NCBI GenBank assembly: GCA_030602225.1
Contig: JAUWAD010000002.1
Span: 12,418 to 76,417 of the forward strand
Source of the DNA: Bacillota bacterium
GTDB lineage: Bacteria; Bacillota; Clostridia; Tissierellales; Tissierellaceae
Reading direction: 5' to 3'
DNA length: 64,000 nt
Shown here: positions 41,730 through 50,931 of the stretch, one piece after another
Layout: every line of letters begins with the position of its first letter
Numbering within the stretch: the stretch's first letter is position 1
The notes under the pieces: model-generated
Seen by the model: only the letters and a program-made list of their open reading frames with translations
Databases searched by the model: none
What the model was told of the DNA's origin: nothing
Position numbers and translations under genes: made by a program

Positions 41730-42311
41730 TTACAGGTCACCCTTTAATCCAATTTCCTCAGCTACTTCTCTCATGGCTAATATGGTTTCATGAATTATAT
41801 CCTTTAATTCCATATTCATTAACCCAGCTCCATCCTCAATCACTTCTCTGTTAACTCCAGCAGCAAATGATTTTTGCCCCCACTTCTTCTTAACACTTTT
41901 AGCTTCCATATCCATGATTGATTTGCTTGGTCTCATCAGGGCAGTTGCTGCTATCAAACCAGTTAGTTCGTCTACCGTATAAATTACCTTCTCCATAATT
42001 TCCTTTGGTTCGACATCAGTGCACAACTTCCAACCGTGACTTAATACACCTCTGATATAGTCCTCTGGCCAATTTTCATCTCTAAGTAACTGTTCAGTGA
42101 TCTTACAATGTTCATCAGGATATTGGTCATAATCCAAATCGTGAATAAGGCCTATTACCCCCCACTTTTCAACATCTTCATTATATAATTTTGCAAAATG
42201 AATCATTGTTGCTTCAACTGCCAGAGCATGCTTTATCTGACTATCATTTTTTACATGCTTGTTCAATAAATCCCAAGCATCATCTCTAGTTGGTCTATAA
42301 TCTCCCACCAA
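41730..42311 (-). CDS. HD/HDIG domain protein
   Basis: KHALAVEA, GLIHDLDY, HGW, DELTGLI. Confidence 0.88.
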   Translation of the reverse strand: MVGDYRPTRDDAWDLLNKHVKNDSQIKHALAVEATMIHFAKLYNEDVEKWGVIGLIHDLDYDQYPDEHCKITEQLLRDENWPEDYIRGVLSHGWKLCTDVEPKEIMEKVIYTVDELTGLIAATALMRPSKSIMDMEAKSVKKKWGQKSFAAGVNREVIEDGAGLMNMELKDIIHETILAMREVAEEIGLKGDL

Positions 42312-42390
42312 AATCCCTTCTTTCTGCTTTTATATTTATTTTAACCAATATGATGTAAAATTACAAGCAACGGACTTTACACCAATAAAG

Positions 42391-43821
42391 TCAAGAAATT
42401 GATTTCTTGAATTGGAGTGTAAACGTACTCCCCTTGCCAATCTCACTTTCAACGAAACATCTTCCACCTAAGGCTGTTACTATTGATTTTACTATGGATA
42501 AACCTATTCCAGTTCCTGCTTTCCCCCTAACATGGCTCTTGCCTCCGCGATAATATCTATCCCATATTAGATTTATCTCATCATCTGGGATTCCTTCTCC
42601 CCTATCTTTAACTGAAATACTAACCCATTCATCCTTTTCTTCTACTTTTATCTCGATTTCCTTGTAATCATTGGAATAGTTAATCCCATTGATTATAAGA
42701 TTGTATATAGCTTGGATAACCTTTGATTCATCTCCTAATATAGTCGTATTCCCAGAATGAATTAGTTTAATATCAAAATTCTCCTGTTCAACAAAGTACT
42801 CAAATCTACCCAAGACTTTTTTTGCACACTGATAAAGGTCAATTGTATTTAGCTCCAATGTGATTAATCCAGATTGAACTTTGGATAAATCAAGCATATC
42901 ATCCACAAAATGTGTTAATCTATCGGTTTCATCAATTATAATTCCCACATGGTAGTCCCTTTTTACCTTATCATCACCTGATATATCCCTAATCATCTCT
43001 CCATATGATTTTATTAAGGTTAGGGGTGTCTTTAAATCATGTGTCATGTTTGCCATAAGATCTTGTCTTAATTCCTCAGTCTTGTTCAACTCCTTTGCCG
43101 TCTTATTCAAGGTCTCTGCAAGATTGTCAATCTCAGTGTAATAACCTTTGTCAAACTGGATGTTATAATTACCCATCATAAGGTTTTTTGCCTGATCAGT
43201 TATCTTTACTATTGGATTACTTAGCTTCCTGGAAATTATATAGCTAAGTCCTATAGCCAAAAACAAGGATAAAATAGTAATTATAACAAGCTGATTCTGG
43301 AGTACGTTCACGGTTGAATCAATTGGATCTAGGATAGTATTAATATATAAGAAATAATTTGACCCTTGCTCATTTTCAAGAATTGCACCATAAGTCAATA
43401 TTGGATATTCAATTCTGTGATCACTTCTTGTATATAAAGTAGTCCTATCATCGGATTTGTATAGGTTTGTCAAGAGTTCGGAAAACATGTTGGACTCCAG
43501 TCTGGGTTGTCTTATAATATCAAAGAAATCCAATGGGAAAATTAGCCTTCCTGTCTCATCGAGAATATTAATAGAAATTCCCTCCAAAAAGGCCTTTTCC
43601 ACCAATTGATTTTCAAATTCCTCACTATTGTATTGCCCCAGTAGTTGATCCCCAATCTTTTTAATTTCTCTCATCTTCATATTTTCGTAAAAACTATTTA
43701 TAAATACAATTTGCAAAAGCCAGAGAATCACAATAATAACGGAAGCAAAGGCAATAAAATAGGACCAAAGTTTAAAATTCAAAGTTCTTTTATCTAATTT
43801 TGATGTTCCCATACCATTCAC
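42391..43821 (-). CDS. HAMP-domain sensor histidine kinase (OmpR partner)
   Basis: 2 TM; HDLKTPLT; NLIINGINYS; DRGEGI; GTGIGL; GKGSTF. Confidence 0.92.
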   Translation of the reverse strand: MNGMGTSKLDKRTLNFKLWSYFIAFASVIIVILWLLQIVFINSFYENMKMREIKKIGDQLLGQYNSEEFENQLVEKAFLEGISINILDETGRLIFPLDFFDIIRQPRLESNMFSELLTNLYKSDDRTTLYTRSDHRIEYPILTYGAILENEQGSNYFLYINTILDPIDSTVNVLQNQLVIITILSLFLAIGLSYIISRKLSNPIVKITDQAKNLMMGNYNIQFDKGYYTEIDNLAETLNKTAKELNKTEELRQDLMANMTHDLKTPLTLIKSYGEMIRDISGDDKVKRDYHVGIIIDETDRLTHFVDDMLDLSKVQSGLITLELNTIDLYQCAKKVLGRFEYFVEQENFDIKLIHSGNTTILGDESKVIQAIYNLIINGINYSNDYKEIEIKVEEKDEWVSISVKDRGEGIPDDEINLIWDRYYRGGKSHVRGKAGTGIGLSIVKSIVTALGGRCFVESEIGKGSTFTLQFKKSIS

Positions 43822-44492
43822 TAACCTTTATATTCAAATTTATAACCTACTCCCCTAAGGGTGACTATATAATCCCTGTAGGGTTCAATATTATTTCTAA
43901 GCATCTTTATATGGGTATCTATGGTTCTATCATCTCCATAAAAATCATATCCCCACACCTCTTTAAGGAGTTTTTCCCTTGACATGGCTTTATTCTTATT
44001 CATTGCCAGATAAACCAACAACTCATACTCCTTTGGGGTGATGTCTATTTTCTTATCATCCACGTATACATCCATACCATCCAGATCGATTTTAAGTCCA
44101 TCAAATTCCAATTTTTTGTTATTCTCCATAGATTTACTTCTGTTGATTATAGCATTGATTCTTGCCATAACTTCCTTAGGTGAGAATGGCTTTACAACAT
44201 AATCATCCACACCTATTTCAAATCCAAATAATTTATCATACTCCTCACCTCTTGCAGATAGCATTAATATGGGAGTTTTGAATTTCTTTCTGATCTCCTT
44301 AACTGCTGAAAACCCATCAAGTTTGGGCATCATAATATCCATTATTATAAGGTCATACTCATTTGTATTAGATTTCTGTATGGCTTCCATACCATCTTTT
44401 GCCTCATCTACCATGTAGCCTTCAAACTTGGCATATTCCTTTATTACTTCCCTAATTCTTTCCTCATCATCAGCAATTAGTAATCTAATCAT
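43821..44492 (-). CDS. OmpR-family response regulator
   Basis: IADDE, MDIMMPKLDG, DDYVVKPFS, ITPKEYELL, RTIDTHIKMLR; ATG 44492 after GAGGTGAG. Confidence 0.93.
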   Translation of the reverse strand: MIRLLIADDEERIREVIKEYAKFEGYMVDEAKDGMEAIQKSNTNEYDLIIMDIMMPKLDGFSAVKEIRKKFKTPILMLSARGEEYDKLFGFEIGVDDYVVKPFSPKEVMARINAIINRSKSMENNKKLEFDGLKIDLDGMDVYVDDKKIDITPKEYELLVYLAMNKNKAMSREKLLKEVWGYDFYGDDRTIDTHIKMLRNNIEPYRDYIVTLRGVGYKFEYKG

Positions 44493-44526
44493 GCTTCTCA
44501 CCTCATTTCTAGAATACCAAATTAAA

Positions 44527-44543
44527 GTGAAATATATGTGAAA
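44527..44543 (-). promoter_or_regulatory. Direct repeat TTTCAC-N5-TTTCAC, candidate OmpR-family binding site
   Basis: GTGAAA at 44527 and 44538 (11-bp period), upstream of the response regulator gene. Confidence 0.4.
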
Positions 44544-44551
44544 TCATTGGC

Positions 44552-45277
44552 TTATTTTAACTTTAAAATTTCTTCGTTTACTTTTTTAAGAACCTCTCCA
44601 GCTTTACCAATTATTACCATATCGAATTTCTTCTTTACTTCATTCTCATTATTGATATAAACCACTTTCCCAGATGTTCTTTTGTGAATACCAGCAGCTG
44701 GATATACGGTTAAACTGGTTCCTATAATTAAAACTAGTTCCGCTTTTTTAACTTCCTCAATTGATTTCTCCAACTCATAGACTGGCAAAGCTTCCCCAAA
44801 TAAAACAATTCCCGGTCTAAGCTTTCCCCCACAACTATTACATGGTACTCTATTAATGAAGTCATCTCTAGTAGCTTCCCTACCACAGGAAAAACACCTG
44901 AACTCTCTTATGGACCCATGAATATTTAGTACATTTTTACTCCCTGCCTTCTTATGAAAATCATCTACATTCTGTGTGATAATAGACTTAACTAAACCAT
45001 CATCTTCCCAATTTGAAAGTATATAATGCCCTTCATGGGGTGTAGCTGTTGTATTTGATTTTCCTCTTAATGTATAAAACCTATGGAAGTTATCATAGTC
45101 ATTTATTAAAGCATCAATTGTGGCTACCTTCATGGGATCAAACTCTTTCCATATTCCTGTAGGCGATCTGAAATCAGATAATCCACTTTCAGTGGACATT
45201 CCAGCACCTGTTAATACTACTGTGTATTTTGAATCTAGTATTTCCTTAGCTAATTCTCTGAATTGATAATTAATCAT
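44552..45277 (-). CDS. cobB: Sirtuin NAD-dependent protein deacylase
   Basis: GAGMSTESGLSDFRS, TQNVDDFH, HGS, two CxxC, RPGIVLFGE, GTSLTVYPAA; ATG 45277 after AGGAGTG. Confidence 0.92.
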   Translation of the reverse strand: MINYQFRELAKEILDSKYTVVLTGAGMSTESGLSDFRSPTGIWKEFDPMKVATIDALINDYDNFHRFYTLRGKSNTTATPHEGHYILSNWEDDGLVKSIITQNVDDFHKKAGSKNVLNIHGSIREFRCFSCGREATRDDFINRVPCNSCGGKLRPGIVLFGEALPVYELEKSIEEVKKAELVLIIGTSLTVYPAAGIHKRTSGKVVYINNENEVKKKFDMVIIGKAGEVLKKVNEEILKLK

Positions 45278-45348
45278 TTTATCCACTCCTTGAATATATA
45301 TTAGCAAATAGGAAAAAAATAGACAACAACCCAAAAGGGCTATTGTCA

Positions 45349-46233
45349 TTAAAGTCTTTCTTCTATTTCATTAATCTTTTCTTTCAAATTATCAATAGAA
45401 GGTAAATACATGTCCGCTCCAACTATATTTAAAGCTTCCCTTTCATTTTCTATTCCCCTACCCCCAATTAATATCAAAGGTGTCCTGGAAGATAATTCAA
45501 GCTTTAATGCTTGTACCAGATAACTACAGCTATTTGTTCCCCCTGGTGTGAGTATTGATAGTACTATTAAATCTGGTTTTCTCTCTCTTATAACTCCTAT
45601 CAAACTATCTAGTGGAATACTTCTACCTATATAGATTATCCCCCATCCTTTTCTCCTGAAGAACTCTGCTGCCATCTTTAAACTCAAAGTATGTTCCTCT
45701 CCACCTGGTACCATGAATAGTGCCTTATATACCTTCTCCTCCTTGACCGGTTCAACCTCTGATAGGTAATCAAGAAGTTTTTCTATTAATGCTGAAGAAT
45801 AATGTTCTTGTGCTATTGAAATCTGATTTCTCTCCCATAGATCTCCTATCTTCCTTAGAGCTGGAATAAATATTTGTGTTATTATTCTTAGAAGATCAAT
45901 TCCTTGGGTATGAGCATTCTTAATTAGTTGCTTAGCATTGTTTGAATCACCTATTATCAGGTAGTTAACAAAATCATCAACTAACTCATCATTTTCTAGA
46001 ATAAAGTCATATTTTTCCTTAGATTCATTAAGATCAATTCCCAATAGAAAATCTAAACTTATCTTAAGATACTCAGAGATTTCTTTTAATATTTCATTTC
46101 CTGGAAATCTTATATTATTCTCATAATTAGCAATTGTAGATTGAGCAACTCCTAACTTTTGGGAAAGTTCCTTTTGTGTAATTCCTTTTTTTATTCTAGA
46201 TTTTTTTAACCTTTCACCAAAGCTGCTCATCAT
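45349..46233 (-). CDS. XRE-HTH plus B12-binding (CarH-like) transcriptional regulator
   Basis: N-terminal HTH_3 (GERLKKSRIKKGITQKELSQKLGVAQSTIANYE); W-x9-EH (WERNQISIAQEH); EEH...RRKGW..IYIG..IP. Confidence 0.88.
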   Translation of the reverse strand: MMSSFGERLKKSRIKKGITQKELSQKLGVAQSTIANYENNIRFPGNEILKEISEYLKISLDFLLGIDLNESKEKYDFILENDELVDDFVNYLIIGDSNNAKQLIKNAHTQGIDLLRIITQIFIPALRKIGDLWERNQISIAQEHYSSALIEKLLDYLSEVEPVKEEKVYKALFMVPGGEEHTLSLKMAAEFFRRKGWGIIYIGRSIPLDSLIGVIRERKPDLIVLSILTPGGTNSCSYLVQALKLELSSRTPLILIGGRGIENEREALNIVGADMYLPSIDNLKEKINEIEERL

Positions 46234-46243
46234 TTCACCAACC

Positions 46244-46849
46244 TTATCCGAATATTTTCTTTCTTAAAGATACAAATGCTACTAAAGCTATTATACCTAA
46301 CCCAAATATTGGAGTCAACTCACTTGAGCCTGTTCTTGGTAGTACAACTTCTGCTTCTTCAGCACTCAGTACAAAATCAGCTGGTACTAATACTGAATCT
46401 ATTACGTGGATTACTCCATTTGTTGCTTCAATATCAGCTATTACTACATTAGATTCGTTGATTTTAACTCCACCAGTAAGGTCAACTTTTATAGTATCAC
46501 CTTTAAGTGTTGGTGCTTCCATGCCATTTACCAAATCAGTGCTCATTACTTTACCTGATACTACGTGGTATAGTAATACTTCACTTAGTTGTGGGTGTGC
46601 CAATAAATCTGCTGCTGTAATTTCAAGTTGTGATAGTAGTGCTGCAAATGCTTCATTTGTTGGTGCAAACACTGTAAATGGTCCTTCACCTTGTAATGCT
46701 CCCACTAATTGTGCTTGTGTTAATGCTGCCACTAGAATACTGAAGTCTTCATTTCCTACTGCTATATCTACTATATCTTGATCTTGTGCAAATACTGGGA
46801 TGTTAATTAATAATACTAATGCTAATAAAATACTAAATACCTTTTTCAT
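46244..46849 (-). CDS. Fasciclin (FAS1) protein with signal peptide and LPRTG sortase anchor
   Basis: GPFTVFAPTNEAF (H1), LLYHVV, NGVIHVIDSVL (H2); LPRTG plus TM plus RKK. Confidence 0.92.
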   Translation of the reverse strand: MKKVFSILLALVLLINIPVFAQDQDIVDIAVGNEDFSILVAALTQAQLVGALQGEGPFTVFAPTNEAFAALLSQLEITAADLLAHPQLSEVLLYHVVSGKVMSTDLVNGMEAPTLKGDTIKVDLTGGVKINESNVVIADIEATNGVIHVIDSVLVPADFVLSAEEAEVVLPRTGSSELTPIFGLGIIALVAFVSLRKKIFG

Positions 46850-46904
46850 GATAATCCTCCTCTAAATTTTTATATTTTAATTTCATATTGTGTTCTGTGA
46901 GATA

Positions 46905-46933
46905 ACAATATCACGTTATGCAATTTATGTCAA
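46905..46933 (-). promoter_or_regulatory. Sigma-A promoter of the fasciclin/XRE-B12 unit
   Basis: TTGACA-17 nt-TATTGT. Confidence 0.6.
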
Positions 46934-46978
46934 TACTTATTTTAAAAATATATTTCATTTTGTGAATTTTATTGGCAT

Positions 46979-47011
46979 AAAAAAACTCCCTAACCTAAGT
47001 TAAGGAGTTTT
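46979..47011 (-). terminator. gntP-family gene terminator
   Basis: AAAACTCC-TTAAC-loop-GTTAG-GGAGTTTTTT on the minus strand. Confidence 0.65.
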
Positions 47012-47020
47012 GAACTGTTT

Positions 47021-48379
47021 TTAGAAGAAGAATGACATTACAAATACTACAGCCATTGCTGCTAAACTACCTAATGCAGTTGGTATTGATACAACATCAA
47101 AACCTTGTCTCATTGGAAGGTCCCCATTAGATTTAAGAACTACCCAGAAATGACTTGCATTAGCATGATAGAAGAATGAAGATCCTGCTGCTATTGCCAA
47201 TGTTGCAATAACTGGTGATAATCCCAATGATGGCATTAATGGTAATATTATTGCTGAACCTGTTAGTAGTGATACAGTTGCAGAACCATTAGCTACTGAA
47301 AGTAATAATGATACAAGGAATGGTATAAATACTGCCGGAAGTGCTGTTGTGGCAATTAAATCTCCCAGATAAGTACCTACTCCAGAAGCTCTTAAAACTG
47401 CTCCGAATGCTCCAGCAGCTCCAGTTGCCAATATAATAAATCCTGACTTCTCAACTGATATATTCAACCATTTTTGCCATACTGTCAAACTAATGTTTTC
47501 TTTATCCATGAATAAAGCTATTACAACTCCAACGAATAATGCAAAAATTGGATGTCCAATGAAACCTAGAATTGGCTTTGCAGCTGATTCAGCTTCAATG
47601 AATAATGTGCCAAAAGAGTTGATACAGATTAATAATACTGGAACTAAAATACTAGCAAATGCCATTCCAGCATGTGGTAGTGGTCTTCCATCTGGATTAC
47701 TAAGTTCGAAGTTACTGTCATCAGCTAAATCCACGTTTTCCATTACTGCAGGTTCTGGATACTTGTTTAACATATACTTACTATTACACCATGCACTTCC
47801 GACAAAAGTATAAGCTGCTGATGTAATAAGCCCAAGTACGATCATAAAACCTAAGTCTGCTCCAAGAGTTCCTGCTGCTGCTATTGGACCTGGTGTAGGA
47901 GGAACCATTGTATGCGTTGCCATGATACCTGCATTAAGTGCTCCAAGTAATGCAACTAGCGGAATACCACCACGTGCTGATAGTGCTCTAGCTACAGGTG
48001 ACATGATTACTATTGCTGAGTCGGAGAATACTGGAATTGATACCAAGTATCCTGTAAGTGCCATGGCAAGCTTGGAATTCTTTCTTCCTACCCACTTTAG
48101 GATAGTATTAGCCAATACCATTGCTCCACCTGTTTCTTCAAGAATAACTCCAATGGAACAACCTAGAATAATTACAATACCAATATTCCCTATTGTACCT
48201 CCGAAACCTCCTGTAACTGTTGGGAATACATCCTTAATTGGGAATCCAAATCCAAATGCTGCTAAAACTGCTACAATTATAAGTGCGAATACTGGGTGAA
48301 CCTTAAGCTTCATAATTGAAAATACCAATAAAACAATACTAAGAATCATTACTATCAGTGAACCTAAACCTGCTTCCAT
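47021..48379 (-). CDS. GntP family permease
   Basis: KLKVHPVFAL, GFGGTIGNIG, IPVFSD, VPPTPGP, HANASHFW; ATG 48379 after AGGGG. Confidence 0.9.
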   Translation of the reverse strand: MEAGLGSLIVMILSIVLLVFSIMKLKVHPVFALIIVAVLAAFGFGFPIKDVFPTVTGGFGGTIGNIGIVIILGCSIGVILEETGGAMVLANTILKWVGRKNSKLAMALTGYLVSIPVFSDSAIVIMSPVARALSARGGIPLVALLGALNAGIMATHTMVPPTPGPIAAAGTLGADLGFMIVLGLITSAAYTFVGSAWCNSKYMLNKYPEPAVMENVDLADDSNFELSNPDGRPLPHAGMAFASILVPVLLICINSFGTLFIEAESAAKPILGFIGHPIFALFVGVVIALFMDKENISLTVWQKWLNISVEKSGFIILATGAAGAFGAVLRASGVGTYLGDLIATTALPAVFIPFLVSLLLSVANGSATVSLLTGSAIILPLMPSLGLSPVIATLAIAAGSSFFYHANASHFWVVLKSNGDLPMRQGFDVVSIPTALGSLAAMAVVFVMSFFF

Positions 48380-48563
48380 TAAACTAATCCCCCTTGTTAT
48401 GTAATTTAAAAACCTTTCGTCACCAAGGCTTAAGCCAGGTAACAATGCCTAATTATATGTCACTATGATGTCTACTATTTTTCACCTCCTTGCTTAATTA
48501 AAGACATCAAACTAAAGCCATATTAAATGGCTATATGAACTAATCTAAATCCCCTATGATTTA

Positions 48564-48923
48564 TTAAATTGTTTCCTTATCAAACATAATCAATGCGATG
48601 TATTCAAGATCATCTTCACCGATGTTTTCGATGGAGTGGAATTGACCATTTCTAGTTAGAATAGAATCCCCTGGATTAAGCTCGGTAAAATCACCATTAT
48701 CATCCACCTTTGCTTTACCACTTAGGATATAATAGACTTCAAAGTCTCCCTTGTGAGTATGATTTCCAATGGAGCTACCTGGTTTTAGAATACTCTTTAC
48801 AAAAAGTCTCCCAGCTCCTGCAGAATCATCCTTTTCTAAGAAATGTATATTTGTTAGGGTTCCTTTTCCCCCTAAAAATTCATTATGTACATCAACCTTC
48901 ATGTCATGTGATCTTCTAATCAT
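48564..48923 (-). CDS. Cupin domain protein
   Basis: SIGNHTHKGDFEVYYILSG...HSIEN; ATG 48923 after GGGAGG. Confidence 0.88.
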   Translation of the reverse strand: MIRRSHDMKVDVHNEFLGGKGTLTNIHFLEKDDSAGAGRLFVKSILKPGSSIGNHTHKGDFEVYYILSGKAKVDDNGDFTELNPGDSILTRNGQFHSIENIGEDDLEYIALIMFDKETI

Positions 48924-49324
48924 GTCTGCCTCCCGATTTGATATTTTTTTAACAATCCCGTATAAAAATTTTCCGCTGTCACTCTCCAATAAAATTACAG
49001 CGTTAAATTTTCTCTTACCTACTTACTTAGGGTCAAGTTTTACTATTGTTAATTCATATTTTAACATGTTAAATCATTTTATGCAAACGTTTTTAAACAA
49101 ATATTAATATCTTGATTTTGGTTTGTTTGTTAACTGAAAATATGATATTATTTAACAATAGATATTCATATATCTATCAATTCATCATCTTCAGTACATC
49201 ATTAAATTTCGAGACTAAAAACAATGCTTTATTGCAAGCTAGTTCAGCTAAACAGTAAGATATGATTGTAGTTTTAAATTTAGTATTCTGAAGATTTTTT
49301 AATTTACATATGGGAGAAAAAATT

Positions 49325-49813
49325 ATGATTAGAAGATTTAAAGAACAACTCTTAATGTTTATAATACTACTTGCCTTTTGGTTAATACTATCACCAGCAA
49401 TCACCATAGAATCCATAATTACTGGTACTATTGCTGTTGTTTTTGTGATTGCATTTTCTAAGGAATTAATTCTTTCAGAAAAGGAAAGTCCACTTTATTC
49501 ACTTAAAAAGATACTCCTGCTGTTAAGCTATATTCCAGTATTGGTACTGGAAATTATAAAGTCTGGCTTGGATGTGGCTAAAATAGTATTAAATCCTAAA
49601 ATGCCAATTAATCCAGGATTTACAATTATAAACGTGCCATTGAAAATGGATTTCACTAAGGTTTTATTTGCCAACTCTGTTACCTTGACCCCAGGAACAC
49701 TTACAGTGGATGTTATCGATGATACTTATATAATCCATCATCTTACTGATGAAGCTTCCAAAGGACTTATAGATAGTACCCTGGAAAATTATGCAAGGAA
49801 ATTGGAGGAATAG
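49325..49813 (+). CDS. mnhE: Mrp/Mnh antiporter subunit E
   Basis: FWLILS, INPG, FANSVTLTPGTLTVD. Confidence 0.9.
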   Translation: MIRRFKEQLLMFIILLAFWLILSPAITIESIITGTIAVVFVIAFSKELILSEKESPLYSLKKILLLLSYIPVLVLEIIKSGLDVAKIVLNPKMPINPGFTIINVPLKMDFTKVLFANSVTLTPGTLTVDVIDDTYIIHHLTDEASKGLIDSTLENYARKLEE

Positions 49814-49818
49814 GCTAG

Positions 49819-50082
49819 ATGAATTCAATTATTTTAGGTGTTCTTATTTTTTTAAGCTCTCTGGCATTCTTTGGTCTTTATATTGCATACAAGGGGCCTG
49901 ATGCTGTTCATAGAGTAATAGCTATTAATGTTATTTTTACTAAATCAACAGTGATGATCGTATTGCTATCAGTTTTAACTAACCAATATTCCTTTGTAGA
50001 TGTGGCTTTAGTCTACGCACTTATGGGCTTTGTAGCTACAGTAGCTGTATCTAAGTATTTGGAAAAGGGAAAACTTAAATAG
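49819..50082 (+). CDS. mnhF: Mrp/Mnh antiporter subunit F
   Basis: GPDAVHRVIAIN, DVALVYALMGFVATVAVSKYL. Confidence 0.88.
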   Translation: MNSIILGVLIFLSSLAFFGLYIAYKGPDAVHRVIAINVIFTKSTVMIVLLSVLTNQYSFVDVALVYALMGFVATVAVSKYLEKGKLK

Positions 50083-50092
50083 GAGGTTTCAC

Positions 50093-50374
50093 ATGTTATT
50101 CGTACATATTTTATCTACTATAATGCTCCTAATTGGAAGTTTTTTCTTTTTGGTTGGGACAATAGGATTAATAAGAATGCCCGATGTGTACTCAAAAATG
50201 CATGCTACAACAAAGTGTGACACATTGGGAGCAGGATTTATAATGGCAGGACTTATGCTTTTGACTGGATTTAGTGGTGTAACCATTAAGTTACTATTAA
50301 TAATAGTATTTATTTGGTTAACCAATCCAACTGCAGCTCATATCATTGCAAAAGCAAATTATAGAAAGAAATAG
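50093..50374 (+). CDS. mnhG: Mrp/Mnh antiporter subunit G
   Basis: GLIRMPDVYSKMHATTKCDTLG, TNPTAAH. Confidence 0.9.
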   Translation: MLFVHILSTIMLLIGSFFFLVGTIGLIRMPDVYSKMHATTKCDTLGAGFIMAGLMLLTGFSGVTIKLLLIIVFIWLTNPTAAHIIAKANYRKK

Positions 50375-50383
50375 GGGGTTCAT

Positions 50384-50623
50384 ATGATTGTTTTTAATGT
50401 TTTACTAATAGTATTACTGATTGTATGTGCCATTGCAGTTGAGAGAACTAAGGATTTATTAAGCGCATTAATAATATTCGGTGCATACAGTGCCATAATG
50501 GCTCTTTTATGGCTGTTATTAAATGCGCCAGATATAGCGATGACAGAAGCTGCCGTAGGAGCTGGAGTTACAACTATTCTATTTGTAGGTGTTCTGTCAA
50601 AGACAAGGAGGAATGAAGATTGA
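50384..50623 (+). CDS. MrpA C-terminal/MbhD-like small subunit (DUF4040)
   Basis: APDIAMTEAAVGAG. Confidence 0.85.
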   Translation: MIVFNVLLIVLLIVCAIAVERTKDLLSALIIFGAYSAIMALLWLLLNAPDIAMTEAAVGAGVTTILFVGVLSKTRRNED

Positions 50624-50931
50624 AAAAGTTAATTTTTGCTTTGCTCCTTTGTGGATTGCTTTTTATCTTGATAGCAGGAATTTTAGAAATGCCTGCTCTG
50701 GGAAGCATAGATAATCAATCTTATAATGAAGTTGCCCACTATTACATTGATAATTCCATTAATGATACAAATGCTCCCAATATGATATCTGCTATAATGA
50801 CTGATTACAGATTTTTTGATACTTTGGGTGAAACCATCGTTTTATTCACTGCAATCACGGTTGTTATTTCAGTAAGAATCATAGCAGCTGGTAAATCACA
50901 CTATATGAAGGGAGATGATATAGATGGATGA
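50620..50931 (+). CDS. MbhE-like subunit (MrpA/B fragment)
   Basis: APNMISAIMTDYRFFDTLGETIV. Confidence 0.85.
   Translation: MKKLIFALLLCGLLFILIAGILEMPALGSIDNQSYNEVAHYYIDNSINDTNAPNMISAIMTDYRFFDTLGETIVLFTAITVVISVRIIAAGKSHYMKGDDIDG

Noticed and set aside
45278-45349. Apparent signal-peptide-like N-terminus on the sirtuin
   Set aside because: Artefact of the longest-ORF start; ATG 45277 has a strong RBS and matches normal sirtuin length
48769-49416. ORFs 48769-49107 (+) and 49177-49416 (-) in the divergent promoter region
   Set aside because: No RBS or motifs; they overlap the cupin gene or the mrp promoter and mnhE
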